Assembly: GCA_964648855.1 (NCBI GenBank)
Contig: CAZYLT010000004.1
Location: forward strand, 109,532-141,531
Direction of reading: 5' to 3'
Origin: an uncultured archaeon
GTDB taxonomy: Archaea; Asgardarchaeota; Thorarchaeia; Thorarchaeales; Thorarchaeaceae
DNA: 32,000 nt
Below the pieces are notes generated by a model. It had not been told where the DNA came from and did not search any database. It worked only from the letters and a program-made list of their open reading frames with translations. A program made the translations under genes and the position numbers. Position 1 is the stretch's first letter. The number at the start of each line of letters is the position of its first letter. Positions 9,857 through 19,582 of the stretch are shown here, piece after piece.

Positions 9857-10478
9857 ATACCAATATGACGATATCAGAAAATCCTGGGAATTCGAGAGAG
9901 AAGATGAGACTCTAGGCGACCTTGAGGATTTGCAGCTTTCAAAAATGATCGAATATCTTTCTAATGTCCGATTGAGATTCGCTGAAACTCATGCAAATGA
10001 TGACATCCAGGCAGAGATATATGAACAAGAAGCCATCAATTTGGAATTCATGCTCAGAGATCTCCTCATTCTTCGTAGAAATAAGATATTGCAGGCTGCA
10101 GTAATGAAGGAAGAGCCATCAGGAACTATGACAATCTCGGAAGAGGAGTTCTACAATCGGGTGTTTCGAGCATTTTCAGGACACAATGAATTCGTAGAGA
10201 ATACAATTACTGGCAGCCCCTCCGCAACAGTAAAGCTACCAGATTCTGAGAGATCTGTAAGAGAAGAAGATACAGATGATGACACACGTCAGCTAGACTA
10301 TGTAATGGTGCGTTTTCTTCAGCCAATTGAAGAGGCCTTTGTGGGAATTGACGAGCAAATCTATGGCCCTTTTACCAAGGAAGATGTTGCAATGATTCCC
10401 ATTCATAACGCAAAAGTCTGGCTTCGAAATGGTACGGTCAGTCGTATTGTTCCTGAAGAGCGAAAAGAGAGTGACTAG
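9849..10478 (+). CDS. GINS complex subunit GINS51 (Sld5/Psf1-like)
   Basis: Helical A-domain (RRNKIL, EEEFY) then B-domain VRFL...FVGIDEQIYGPFTKEDVAMIP..NA; directly after PCNA-priS. Confidence 0.88.
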   Translation: MSEYQYDDIRKSWEFEREDETLGDLEDLQLSKMIEYLSNVRLRFAETHANDDIQAEIYEQEAINLEFMLRDLLILRRNKILQAAVMKEEPSGTMTISEEEFYNRVFRAFSGHNEFVENTITGSPSATVKLPDSERSVREEDTDDDTRQLDYVMVRFLQPIEEAFVGIDEQIYGPFTKEDVAMIPIHNAKVWLRNGTVSRIVPEERKESD

Positions 10479-10778
10479 ATGGACGATGATTATCTTAGTA
10501 GCGAAATTCAATCAACACTTATGCTACTTGAAAAGCAAATAGCACAATTCGAAGGCCAGTTTGAAAAACTCATCGTTGCTACTACAACTTCAATGAAACT
10601 GCTGAATGGACAAAGTACGACACTAGAGGGCATCGGCGGCAATCCAGATGAAATCAAATCATATCTGCTTAGATTAAGTGAATCAGTGCGCCAAGAAGTG
10701 ATTGAAGGCCTTCATAATCTAGAGAAACAACTCAGGACAATTCTAAAAGATTTTGAAGAGGAGAAGAGAAATGTCTAA
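10479..10778 (+). CDS. Hypothetical helical/coiled-coil protein (99 aa)
   Basis: ATG immediately follows the GINS stop; amphipathic heptad-like pattern; no recognised family. Confidence 0.7.
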   Translation: MDDDYLSSEIQSTLMLLEKQIAQFEGQFEKLIVATTTSMKLLNGQSTTLEGIGGNPDEIKSYLLRLSESVRQEVIEGLHNLEKQLRTILKDFEEEKRNV

Positions 10779-11013
10779 AGGCACCCCCTCTACAGCAGAA
10801 ACTATGCCCGCTGATAGATATTGGATATTAATTGTCACTGCCATCATATGCATAGCTTTGGCAACCACTAGCGTCTTTTTCTACCCCCTCAATACACAAC
10901 CAATCTCATATTTAGTGGCTTATGAAGTATTGACCATTCTGTTCATTCTTGGAATAGCGAAACTAATCTATGAACGAGGTCTACCCGAAGAAGTAACTCA
11001 ATCGCGAGATTAG
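10771..11013 (+). CDS. Hypothetical small membrane protein (2 TM helices)
   Basis: ATG at 10771 after GAGGAG; hydrophobic stretches YWILIVTAIICIALATTSVFF and LVAYEVLTILFILGIA. Confidence 0.65.
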   Translation: MSKGTPSTAETMPADRYWILIVTAIICIALATTSVFFYPLNTQPISYLVAYEVLTILFILGIAKLIYERGLPEEVTQSRD

Positions 11014-11120
11014 CCTCCTTTCCTATAATGAATACCTACCGTTCCTACAAACTTTTAATACTGTATACAATTTCGCTGAATCGTCTAGCCAATAGACAGG
11101 TCTAGAATGGTGGTCCTCCA

Positions 11121-11663
11121 ATGTCCGGAACGGAAGAAAAAGCTGACAAATCTGCTATTATTGTAGAGCCTATAGAGATATCAGACCTCGAACCCTCATT
11201 TCGAGATGAAATAAAGAGCATGCCTCATGGAAAAGAGCTATCTGCTTGTTTTGCATGTTCCACCTGTACAGCCGCCTGCCCAATAGCAAGCGTATGGGAA
11301 TACAAACCGCATCAGCTTATTCGAATGATTATTCTGGGCATGAAGGAAGAGGTTCTTTCGTCAAAAGAAATCTGGCTTTGCCTTACCTGTTTTCAATGTC
11401 AAGAGAGATGTCCACAGAATGTTCGCGTAACTGACATATTTTTTGATTGCAAGAACCTCGCCTCTGAACAAAAAATGATACCAGAGAATATAGTTGCCCT
11501 GGCTGATGAATTGATGACCAATGGACAGCTTTACGTCATAACCGCGGATTGGGAACGAGAAGATCTTAATCTTGAGCCGGAACTACCAGGTCTCTCGACT
11601 GATGAGATAAAATCAATCTTGAAAGAAACTCGCACTGGCAAGATTGTTGGAGGCGATGATTAG
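11121..11663 (+). CDS. hdrC: Heterodisulfide reductase subunit C
   Basis: CFACSTCTAACP and IWLCLTCFQCQERCP [4Fe-4S] motifs. Confidence 0.92.
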   Translation: MSGTEEKADKSAIIVEPIEISDLEPSFRDEIKSMPHGKELSACFACSTCTAACPIASVWEYKPHQLIRMIILGMKEEVLSSKEIWLCLTCFQCQERCPQNVRVTDIFFDCKNLASEQKMIPENIVALADELMTNGQLYVITADWEREDLNLEPELPGLSTDEIKSILKETRTGKIVGGDD

Positions 11664-11664
11664 A

Positions 11665-12531
11665 ATGCCAACATATAGCCTGTACATGGGTTGTAGTGTC
11701 CCGGCAAACTATCCAAATTATGAAGCCTCAATGCTTCGTGTAGCAAACGAGCTGGGTATGGAACTAAACTATATGGAGAATGTAGCCTGCTGCGGGAGTC
11801 CTAATCTGCGTGCCATCGACTATTTCGGATGGGTGACTGTCAATGCTCGAACGCTTGCAATTGCTGAAAAAGACGGTCATGATATCGTCACTCCTTGCAA
11901 CGGGTGCTTTGGGTCTCTAAAAGACGTCTATCATCTCCTAAAACATGATGAAGAAATCCGGAAGAAGATCAACTCGAAGCTAAAAGAGGAGGGTCTCGAG
12001 TTTTCTGGAAGTATCCGCCCTCGTCACTTTGTTGAAGCTCTGTACACTGATATTGGAATTGAAGAAATCAAAAAGAAGATCACTAAACCGCTGGATGGTG
12101 TTGGTATTGCTATTCATTATGGATGTCATCTCCTTCGTCCTCCAGATGTTACCGAATTCAAACGTGAAATCTTAGACAAGCTCGTTGAGGTGACAGGTGC
12201 GACAGTAGTTGAATATCCAATATGGAAGCAGTGCTGTGGCGCGACTGTCCTCCCCGTTGATGAACCCCTAGCAATTAGACTTGCACGAGATAAGCTAAAA
12301 TCGATGACCGATGCAGGTGCCTCCTTTGCTACTGTCGTTTGTCCTGCTTGTGGGAATCAGCTAGATCTGCAACAGCTCGGACTAAAGGAGTCCTATGGAG
12401 AAGAATACAATCTCCCAATACTACATTATCCCCAAATACTCGGGCTTGCAATGGGCTTGGATGCGGAAGTGCTAGGTTTGGAACTAAATCGTGTGCCTGC
12501 TGAACCAATTCTTGAGCATTTGAGTGAATGA
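11665..12531 (+). CDS. hdrB: Heterodisulfide reductase subunit B (two CCG domains)
   Basis: GC...ACCG...TPCNGC and HYGCH...QCCG...CPAC motifs. Start 11665 or 11656. Confidence 0.93.
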   Translation: MPTYSLYMGCSVPANYPNYEASMLRVANELGMELNYMENVACCGSPNLRAIDYFGWVTVNARTLAIAEKDGHDIVTPCNGCFGSLKDVYHLLKHDEEIRKKINSKLKEEGLEFSGSIRPRHFVEALYTDIGIEEIKKKITKPLDGVGIAIHYGCHLLRPPDVTEFKREILDKLVEVTGATVVEYPIWKQCCGATVLPVDEPLAIRLARDKLKSMTDAGASFATVVCPACGNQLDLQQLGLKESYGEEYNLPILHYPQILGLAMGLDAEVLGLELNRVPAEPILEHLSE

Positions 12532-12544
12532 GGTGCGTTAGTTA

Positions 12545-13795
12545 ATGTCCGACCCTGTTCTTATCATCGGAGCCGGTGTTGCAGGGATGACTGCCGCAGT
12601 GGAGTTGGCTGACTCAGGAGTAAATGTAGTACTGGTGGAAAAAGAATCATCTGTTGGTGGTAATGCATTAGATTTGTACAAAGCCTTCCCTACAGATGAT
12701 TGCTTCTATTGTTTTGAGAGTAATCACTGGCGGACTGGCATCAGAAAGTGCTTCTATCGCAGTGCCATGCTAGATCAACCCAATATTGATTTGAAAATAT
12801 CATCATCAGTGGAAGAAATAACTCGCAAGTCTGACCAATTCTTGGTGAGAATTTCCTCCGAACCCAAATACGTCGATAGCAAGAAGTGCATCATGTGTGG
12901 CCTTTGTACAGAAAAATCAGAGGCATTTTACCTCACTTCTCCTCAGTGCCAGCCACAAGCCGTAATATTCGATGCATCAAAAATGGATGATGGCGCGAAA
13001 GAAGCCGAAGAAAAGTGTCCAACAGGCGCAATCAATTTATCCTCGGAGAAAACAAGCGAGGAGCTTCAAGTTTCAGATATAGTGTTTGCATCCGGATATC
13101 ATGAGATGAAGCCTGTAAATGTAGATGAATACGGCTATGGAACCCATCCTAATATTGTCACACAGCTAGAATTGGCACAAATAATGGATCCTTTAGGAGA
13201 TAATGATGGGCAATTACTCCGGCCATCAGATAAGGCACCAGCCAAGAATGTAATGATGGTACAGTGTGTTGGCAGTCGTGATGAGAATTACTATCCATAT
13301 TGTTCCAAGATTTGTTGTGTTTATGCTTTGAAACATGCTATCATTGCTAAGACAGAGAGAGATGCGAACCGGGTAGCTGTTGTGTACATCGACATCCGTA
13401 CATACGATTGCCATGAGCGCTATTATAGCGACGCTCGAGAGGCTGGAGTGGAATTCATTCGAGGTCGCATAACTCGTGTCGAACCAGTAGATGAGAACAC
13501 TTTGAAAGTAATCGCCTATGACTCGCTTCTCGATAAATATCTCAAATTCACTGTTGACCTTTTTGTGCTTTCATCGGCACTAGAGCCATCTAAGGACCCT
13601 CATAACATCCTAAATTCATTGGGACTTGGTCTTTCCAGTGGTTTTCTTGCTCCACACGAATCCGCTCCTGAGAACAAGGTTAGAGTCGGGGAAAGCATCT
13701 ATGCATGTGGAACAGCTCTGGGCCCCGCTGAGATTCCGGAAAGTGTAACTCAGGCACGTGCGGTTGCATCCTTAATTCTTCAGGAGAGGAAGTGA
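12545..13795 (+). CDS. hdrA: Short HdrA-like flavoprotein (QmoA-sized)
   Basis: GAGVAG FAD motif, KAFPTDDC, CIMCGLC...KCP, QCVGSR...CSKICC..ALK; lacks the N-terminal HdrA cluster domain and the C-terminal ferredoxins. Confidence 0.88.
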   Translation: MSDPVLIIGAGVAGMTAAVELADSGVNVVLVEKESSVGGNALDLYKAFPTDDCFYCFESNHWRTGIRKCFYRSAMLDQPNIDLKISSSVEEITRKSDQFLVRISSEPKYVDSKKCIMCGLCTEKSEAFYLTSPQCQPQAVIFDASKMDDGAKEAEEKCPTGAINLSSEKTSEELQVSDIVFASGYHEMKPVNVDEYGYGTHPNIVTQLELAQIMDPLGDNDGQLLRPSDKAPAKNVMMVQCVGSRDENYYPYCSKICCVYALKHAIIAKTERDANRVAVVYIDIRTYDCHERYYSDAREAGVEFIRGRITRVEPVDENTLKVIAYDSLLDKYLKFTVDLFVLSSALEPSKDPHNILNSLGLGLSSGFLAPHESAPENKVRVGESIYACGTALGPAEIPESVTQARAVASLILQERK

Positions 13796-13799
13796 AACA

Positions 13800-15962
13800 A
13801 TGTCCAATAACAAAACACCTGTTGTACTTTGTACGTGCGGAAAACAGCTTTCACTTGATTATGATAGCCTTGCAGCTAGCACAGATGAAATACAACTTGC
13901 ATCGACTACTGTGGTTCATGATCAACTCTGTCAAGAAGATGGATTGGCACAGATTGCAGAACTTGTCAAAAAAGAAGATGGCCGCTTGGTTATTGCTGCT
14001 TGTACAAAACAAAAGATTCAGCCCCGAATCGATCAATATTTGCAAAACCAGAAGCTTGACCCGTCAAGAATTCAGTATGTTAATCTCCGTGAGCATTCGG
14101 CTTGGGTTCATGAAGACCCGGAAAAGGCAACGTCTAAGTCGCTTGATATGATTCGAGGTGCGCTTGCCTTATCTTCTCTCTCTGATAGTTTCGAGTCTGA
14201 AAGCAAGGCTGTTGAGCAACATGTAACAGTCATTGGTGGAGGGATTGCTGGTATAGAATCAGCATTGAATCTTTCCAATTTGGGTTACAAGGTAGTTTTA
14301 GTTGAGGCTGAAAACAAGATTGGCGGGCATGTATTGAACTTACCCGTAGTAGCACCAACTGGAAAGAGCGGTAGAGAGATACTAAGCGGAAGAATGGAAG
14401 CAGTCGAACAAAATCCTAACATTGAAATCAAACTCAATACCCGGGTTAAGTACATACAAGGAGAAATGGGCGATTTTCATGTACATCTCGTTTCTGAGGG
14501 CGAAGAAAAGGATCTAGACACATCCGCTATCATCTTGGCAATGGGGTTCAAGGAATTCAAACCATACATGATGGACGAATATATGTACTCGAAGAATCCT
14601 GACGTCTTGACACAATATGAACTCTCACAAATACTAAATGAAGACAACCTGACTCGCCCCTCTGACGGCAAAGCTGTGAATGAAGTTGTAATGGTTCAAT
14701 GTGTTGGAAGCAGATCTGAGGATTACAAGCGCGATTGTAGCAAGCTATGTTGCACTTTTGCAATTGATAATGCAATAGAGATTTTGAAGAGAGTCCCTGA
14801 TGCCACGATAAAAATTGTCTACATGGACATACGAGTTCCTTTTGAAAATGAAATGATATACAAAGAGTCAAGGGAGATGGGTGTGGACTACATCCGTGGG
14901 CGAATCAGTCAAGTATGGATGGATGATGCCGGAACCCACGTTAAGTTCTATGACTCTTTACTGAATCAATACTTCCACACTAACCCCGACTTGGTTGTAT
15001 TATCTTCAGCAATTTTGCCACCGGACAACATATCCGAGCTTTCAGAGTTTCTTGGATACGAGTTAGAAGAGGAAGGGCACATCAAGGAGCTATACGGCAA
15101 ATTAAGAAGAAATGAAACTCGTCGTCGTGGTGTAGTTGCTGTAGGTGCTGTCACGAGACCCCAATTTGTGAATGAGGCAATTACTGATGCACAAGCTGGA
15201 GCATTACTGATTCATCAGGAACTACAGCAAGGTACTATAGAGAAAGTAGCTCGTGGTGCCGTTCTTGTTGTTGATGATTGTGTGGGTTGTAGCCTATGTG
15301 CCCAACACTGTCCTAGGGGGGTGCCCCTAATGATTGAGCAGACTGATGCAGAGGAGGAGGCTGAAGACGACAAAATCCTATTCAAGGCATCAATTGACAC
15401 ATTGAATTGTCATGCCTGTGGCGTTTGCCAGAGTCTTTGTCCCTCAGCAGCAACACAGCTAAATTTTCTGACCAATGAGCAATTATGGGCACAAATCAGT
15501 TCCACACTTCAGAATGCCAGTTCGGACAATCCTATCACACTATGCTTCTATTGCGAGGAGTGTGCTGTTTCAACAATTGACATCGTTGGAACTCAAAAAA
15601 TGAAGTACTCTGTTAACACTAGGCTAATTGCGGTTCCCTGTGCTGGCCGAGTAAGTATTATTGATATCTTGAAGGCGTTCGAGAGCGGTGCAAGTACGGT
15701 CATGATTGCAGCATGTGAAACAGACCGTTGTCATATGGGCGGAACAGGCAATGAAATCGCTCAAGTACAAGTCGATGTCGCACGCGATATTCTGGATGCA
15801 ATAGGCTGGAATGGTAAACGAGTAGAGATGTTCAGAATGTTCAGTGCTGAGCCAGAAAGATTCACAAGAGCCGTCCAAGAAATGACCGAACGCGCCAATG
15901 AGTTAGGTCCAACACCGGTACACAAAGGAACAGCTGGCAAATGGATGGAGGTAGCACTATGA
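13800..15962 (+). CDS. hdrA: HdrA-MvhD fusion flavoprotein (QmoB-like architecture)
   Basis: N-terminal CTCG..LC..AAC..NLREH domain, GGGIAG, QCVGSR..CSKLCC, two CxxCxxCxxxCP motifs, and an MvhD-like end (FYCEEC, VPCAGRV, ACETDRCH). Confidence 0.9.
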   Translation: MSNNKTPVVLCTCGKQLSLDYDSLAASTDEIQLASTTVVHDQLCQEDGLAQIAELVKKEDGRLVIAACTKQKIQPRIDQYLQNQKLDPSRIQYVNLREHSAWVHEDPEKATSKSLDMIRGALALSSLSDSFESESKAVEQHVTVIGGGIAGIESALNLSNLGYKVVLVEAENKIGGHVLNLPVVAPTGKSGREILSGRMEAVEQNPNIEIKLNTRVKYIQGEMGDFHVHLVSEGEEKDLDTSAIILAMGFKEFKPYMMDEYMYSKNPDVLTQYELSQILNEDNLTRPSDGKAVNEVVMVQCVGSRSEDYKRDCSKLCCTFAIDNAIEILKRVPDATIKIVYMDIRVPFENEMIYKESREMGVDYIRGRISQVWMDDAGTHVKFYDSLLNQYFHTNPDLVVLSSAILPPDNISELSEFLGYELEEEGHIKELYGKLRRNETRRRGVVAVGAVTRPQFVNEAITDAQAGALLIHQELQQGTIEKVARGAVLVVDDCVGCSLCAQHCPRGVPLMIEQTDAEEEAEDDKILFKASIDTLNCHACGVCQSLCPSAATQLNFLTNEQLWAQISSTLQNASSDNPITLCFYCEECAVSTIDIVGTQKMKYSVNTRLIAVPCAGRVSIIDILKAFESGASTVMIAACETDRCHMGGTGNEIAQVQVDVARDILDAIGWNGKRVEMFRMFSAEPERFTRAVQEMTERANELGPTPVHKGTAGKWMEVAL

Positions 15963-18223
15963 GCAAATCTTCGCCGAGCAAGGAAATGGCTCCTAAACGT
16001 CGTCGTATGATGGATATGATCCTCTCTCTGGGTGGCTTGAGAGAAGAAGAGGCGATCCCTCTTAGCAAAATAAAACAGGAAATGGAAAACCTGAAACAGG
16101 ATTTGGACCCACTGGTGGGCACGATTCTGGATTTTCCCAATTCCTATTTCAATGCGTTCGAGAGCATGGCTCAGCGAAATGAGTTTCTTGAGAAAGTCAA
16201 GGAAAAAAGTGTGCTTATCGATGCCATTAACGACCTAGAACAAAGCATTGATGAAATGAAGATTGATGGTGTTCCTGAATTATTGACCCTCCTCAAGACG
16301 AGGAAAGAAGCCTTAGAACCCCGAAAATCTGATCACACTGAAACAGTTGTTATGGATATTGAATCTGAATTAGAAAGGATTTCGGAGTTGGCAAAACGTC
16401 TCTCAAGTAATGTGGACACCTTAGAGGAACAAGCCAAGATTGAGGCAGAAGAGGCGACTAGGGAACTTGAAGCAATCGTCGAGGAATTTCATGAGATAAA
16501 AAACAACATGGAATCAGATCCTGTTTCCACACTGGAAACACTTCAAAAGCTCGGGCCCAAGACAAGATACGGTCCATTCATGAGAACCGCGGCTCAGATT
16601 AAGCGGGGCAAACAGGATGGGCGGATTGAGGATGAAAGATTTGCTGAGCTAGTTTACAACAATATAATGTTTGAATTCAGAAGAGCCTTGATTATGTATA
16701 TTCTGAATAACATTGGATCAAAGACTGTTGTTGAAATGTCCCGGATGCTTGAAACTTGTCCTGAAGGCATTCAGAATGCAATTGTAAGTATGATCAGTCG
16801 AGGAGAAGCGGAGATGGTAGGCCTTGATGATAATTACCCCGTTTTCTCTCGAGTCGTTGATAAACAGCCTGAAACCACACTAATTCTCAAGCGAAGCATA
16901 CAACAGTTGAGAAGTACGCTAAAGGCTCTGTCCGATGAAAGAGTCACATTAATTGAGAAATCATTGGAACAACTTGAAGGAACACTTAGCCGATTGAACC
17001 GCCTAGGTGACTATGACACCTCTTTACTGTCCGATTCAATAAAAGAGTTGGAAGAAATCTCTGGAAAGATAATCGAAACTTCATTGGCTGCTCAGACAGA
17101 TGACGAATCTGAAGACTTACGCCTGTTGGTTTCTGCTGGACTTGAAGCCTTTGCCAAATTCCGGCTAAAGATTACGTTGGAGAAGGGACCAAATCTCGTG
17201 TCAGGCCTCAATGTCTATGGTGAAAAACTGGACCCCGAAGTCTATGAAAGAATGCTGTCCAATTATTTGGATAGTGAACTTGAGAGAGGTGCTATTTTAA
17301 TCCTAATTCGGGAATTGGGTGCCATGACCACTGAGGATCTTGCTAAGGAAACAAAGATACCCCAAGATCGCATACTCCAACATCTTCTACGCATGAAGAG
17401 AGATGAACTGCTCATCGTAGCTGGAGAACGTAATGGCTACGTCCTGTTCGATATTCCCAGAACTCTCAATGCTGCAGAACAAACAATACAATTGGTTAGC
17501 TCATTAGCGAATCAACTTGCTTCGGCTAGTACGGAACTGAATAAAATCCTGAGTGATTTGGACCCTCAAAGCATTGGCAGACTGGTAAACTCACTTGAAA
17601 CCTTCTCTAAAGCACGGGATAAATTGGAAGGTATAAAAATCGATGGCGAGAGGCCGCAATCTCAGCTTCTTCACGACATTGAAGATAAGATCAAGTCCGC
17701 GTTGTTATTGTCATATCGTACTCGGGCAAGAATCCCAAGCACCCGACCAAAAGTGACTATTGAAGACCTCGTTGATATTGACGTACCTTCTGTCATGGCG
17801 GACTATCGTGATAATATGGGCTATGCTCCTTTATTGGGCTTTGGCACAGTTGAATGGAATCATTCCAGGTGTCTTGGCTGCAAGTCATGTGAGATATCTT
17901 GTCCCGAAGATGCAATCGAGCTGAAGCCCCGCCTCAAAATATCTGAATTCTTCGAGTTTTCAAAGGAGGCACTTGATGAGCTGCCAGTCAATAGAGCTGT
18001 ATTCTATGATTCAGTACGCTCACTTGCCACTCACAAGCCAAATATCGACATAGAGTTGGAAAAAGAAGCACCGGGATTTGGTACAGTTGAAGTGGACCTC
18101 TGGCTTTGTGTTGCCTGTAGGACCTGTGTCAGAAGGTGTCCCGGCCCCCAAGAGGGTGCGCTAGAGCTTGAGTTGAAATGGAACTTACCTGAGGTAGTTA
18201 GCAAGATGACCGCAAAGAGCTAG
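15959..18223 (+). CDS. Large coiled-coil protein with two winged-HTH-like modules and C-terminal 2x[4Fe-4S] ferredoxin domain
   Basis: ATG at 15959 overlaps the upstream TGA (ATGA) after GGAGGT. Two wHTH-like segments; CLGCKSCEISCP and CVACRTCVRRCP. Confidence 0.8.
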   Translation: MSKSSPSKEMAPKRRRMMDMILSLGGLREEEAIPLSKIKQEMENLKQDLDPLVGTILDFPNSYFNAFESMAQRNEFLEKVKEKSVLIDAINDLEQSIDEMKIDGVPELLTLLKTRKEALEPRKSDHTETVVMDIESELERISELAKRLSSNVDTLEEQAKIEAEEATRELEAIVEEFHEIKNNMESDPVSTLETLQKLGPKTRYGPFMRTAAQIKRGKQDGRIEDERFAELVYNNIMFEFRRALIMYILNNIGSKTVVEMSRMLETCPEGIQNAIVSMISRGEAEMVGLDDNYPVFSRVVDKQPETTLILKRSIQQLRSTLKALSDERVTLIEKSLEQLEGTLSRLNRLGDYDTSLLSDSIKELEEISGKIIETSLAAQTDDESEDLRLLVSAGLEAFAKFRLKITLEKGPNLVSGLNVYGEKLDPEVYERMLSNYLDSELERGAILILIRELGAMTTEDLAKETKIPQDRILQHLLRMKRDELLIVAGERNGYVLFDIPRTLNAAEQTIQLVSSLANQLASASTELNKILSDLDPQSIGRLVNSLETFSKARDKLEGIKIDGERPQSQLLHDIEDKIKSALLLSYRTRARIPSTRPKVTIEDLVDIDVPSVMADYRDNMGYAPLLGFGTVEWNHSRCLGCKSCEISCPEDAIELKPRLKISEFFEFSKEALDELPVNRAVFYDSVRSLATHKPNIDIELEKEAPGFGTVEVDLWLCVACRTCVRRCPGPQEGALELELKWNLPEVVSKMTAKS

Positions 18224-18350
18224 GCATATACTCGGTTGTGCCCAGAGAATTTAGATTGGGCGTCTTTGAGTAAAAAATGCTGGGTCAAAAGTGACTTATA
18301 GAGCAAGAGATATTCTTTCCCATTAGCTTAATCCCTCTAGGTGTACCAAC

Positions 18351-19550
18351 ATGATTGACTTCTCACTCACTGACGAACAAATGGAACTCAGGAATAGAGC
18401 CCGAAGATTCGCACAAGAAAAAATGCTCCCCTACGCCCATTATTATGATAAGACTGGTGAATTCCCATGGCCCATCGTAAAGGAGGCATGGTCTGAAGGG
18501 CTTATGAATCTCGGAATTCCCAAGGAGTATGGGGGCCCAGGGCTGGGCATTACAGAAGCTTGTATTGTTGTTGAAGAGATGGCTGCTGGATGCGCCGGTA
18601 TGACTACTAGTATCTACGCGAATTCATTGGGACCAGAACCAATCATAATAGCTGGAACAGATGAACAGAAAGAAAAGTATTTGAAACCGCTAACGGAGGA
18701 AGTTAAGCTGGCAGCCTTTGCCTGTTCTGAACCAAGCATGGGGAGTGACGTAGCTGGAATTCAGACTCGCGCAGAAAAGAAAGGCAATCATTATGTCTTG
18801 AACGGATCGAAATTTTGGATTACTAACGCACCCCAAGCAGATTACTATACTGTATTTGCTAGCCTTGACCCATCAAGGAGGCACCAGGCTTTGTGCGCAT
18901 TTATTGTAGATGCGGACACAACCGGAGTCCGGACGGGCAAGCCAGTGCAAAAGATGGGTCATAAAGCATCTGCAACATCCGCAATCATGTTTCGTGATGC
19001 CAAGGTTCCCGAAGAGAACCTCTTGGGAAGTGAAGGTATGGGATTTCTAATTGCAATGCAAACGTTCGCACAGACTCGTCCTGCAATTGCTGCGTTTGCT
19101 ACGGGTCTAGCACGTGCTGCAATGGAATACGCTCGTGATTATGCAAAGAAACGAGAGGCATTCACAAAGAAGCTACGAGAATTCGAAGGGATACAGTTCA
19201 AGCTGGCGGAGATGTATATGAAGATTGAAGCATCTCGTCTGTTGTATCTGAAGGCTGCATGGGCGGCAGATACTTCGGGTGATTCTACGGTACCTGCTAG
19301 TGTGGCAAAAGCATATGCTACGGATGCTGCAATGTGGTGTGCAAGCGAGGCAGTGCAAATCCATGGAGGATATGGGTATATTGAACAATACCCATTGGAG
19401 AAGCTTTTCCGCGACGCAAAATTGTACCAAATCTATGAAGGGACAAGTGAGATTCAACGCCTCATACTAGCAAGGCATGTTTTAGACGGCTATGACCCAG
19501 CAATGGAAGAAATCCCAGCTTGGGCGAGAATGGATCCACCCGAGTTCTAG
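18351..19550 (+). CDS. Acyl-CoA dehydrogenase
   Basis: FACSEPSMGSD, LNGSKFWITN, QIHGGYGY and IYEGTSEIQR (catalytic Glu motif). Confidence 0.95.
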   Translation: MIDFSLTDEQMELRNRARRFAQEKMLPYAHYYDKTGEFPWPIVKEAWSEGLMNLGIPKEYGGPGLGITEACIVVEEMAAGCAGMTTSIYANSLGPEPIIIAGTDEQKEKYLKPLTEEVKLAAFACSEPSMGSDVAGIQTRAEKKGNHYVLNGSKFWITNAPQADYYTVFASLDPSRRHQALCAFIVDADTTGVRTGKPVQKMGHKASATSAIMFRDAKVPEENLLGSEGMGFLIAMQTFAQTRPAIAAFATGLARAAMEYARDYAKKREAFTKKLREFEGIQFKLAEMYMKIEASRLLYLKAAWAADTSGDSTVPASVAKAYATDAAMWCASEAVQIHGGYGYIEQYPLEKLFRDAKLYQIYEGTSEIQRLILARHVLDGYDPAMEEIPAWARMDPPEF

Positions 19551-19582
19551 GAAATATTTGCTTGCGAGATGGGAGTTGTTCT

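Noticed and set aside
9740-10460. Similar YGPF...V..P motifs at the ends of PriS and GINS51
   Set aside because: This is the known homology between the PriS C-terminal domain and the GINS B-domain; not novel.
12545-15962. Selenocysteine read-through in hdrA/mvhD, or fusion of the two hdrA ORFs across the TGA at 13793-13795
   Set aside because: The motifs use Cys codons and there is no internal TGA. The second ORF is in a different frame, and read-through hits TAA within five codons.
16522-16540. Palindrome TGTTTCCA-CAC-TGGAAACA resembling an ORB
   Set aside because: Single copy inside a coding sequence, with a 3-nt centre instead of the 1-nt centre of the ORB core.
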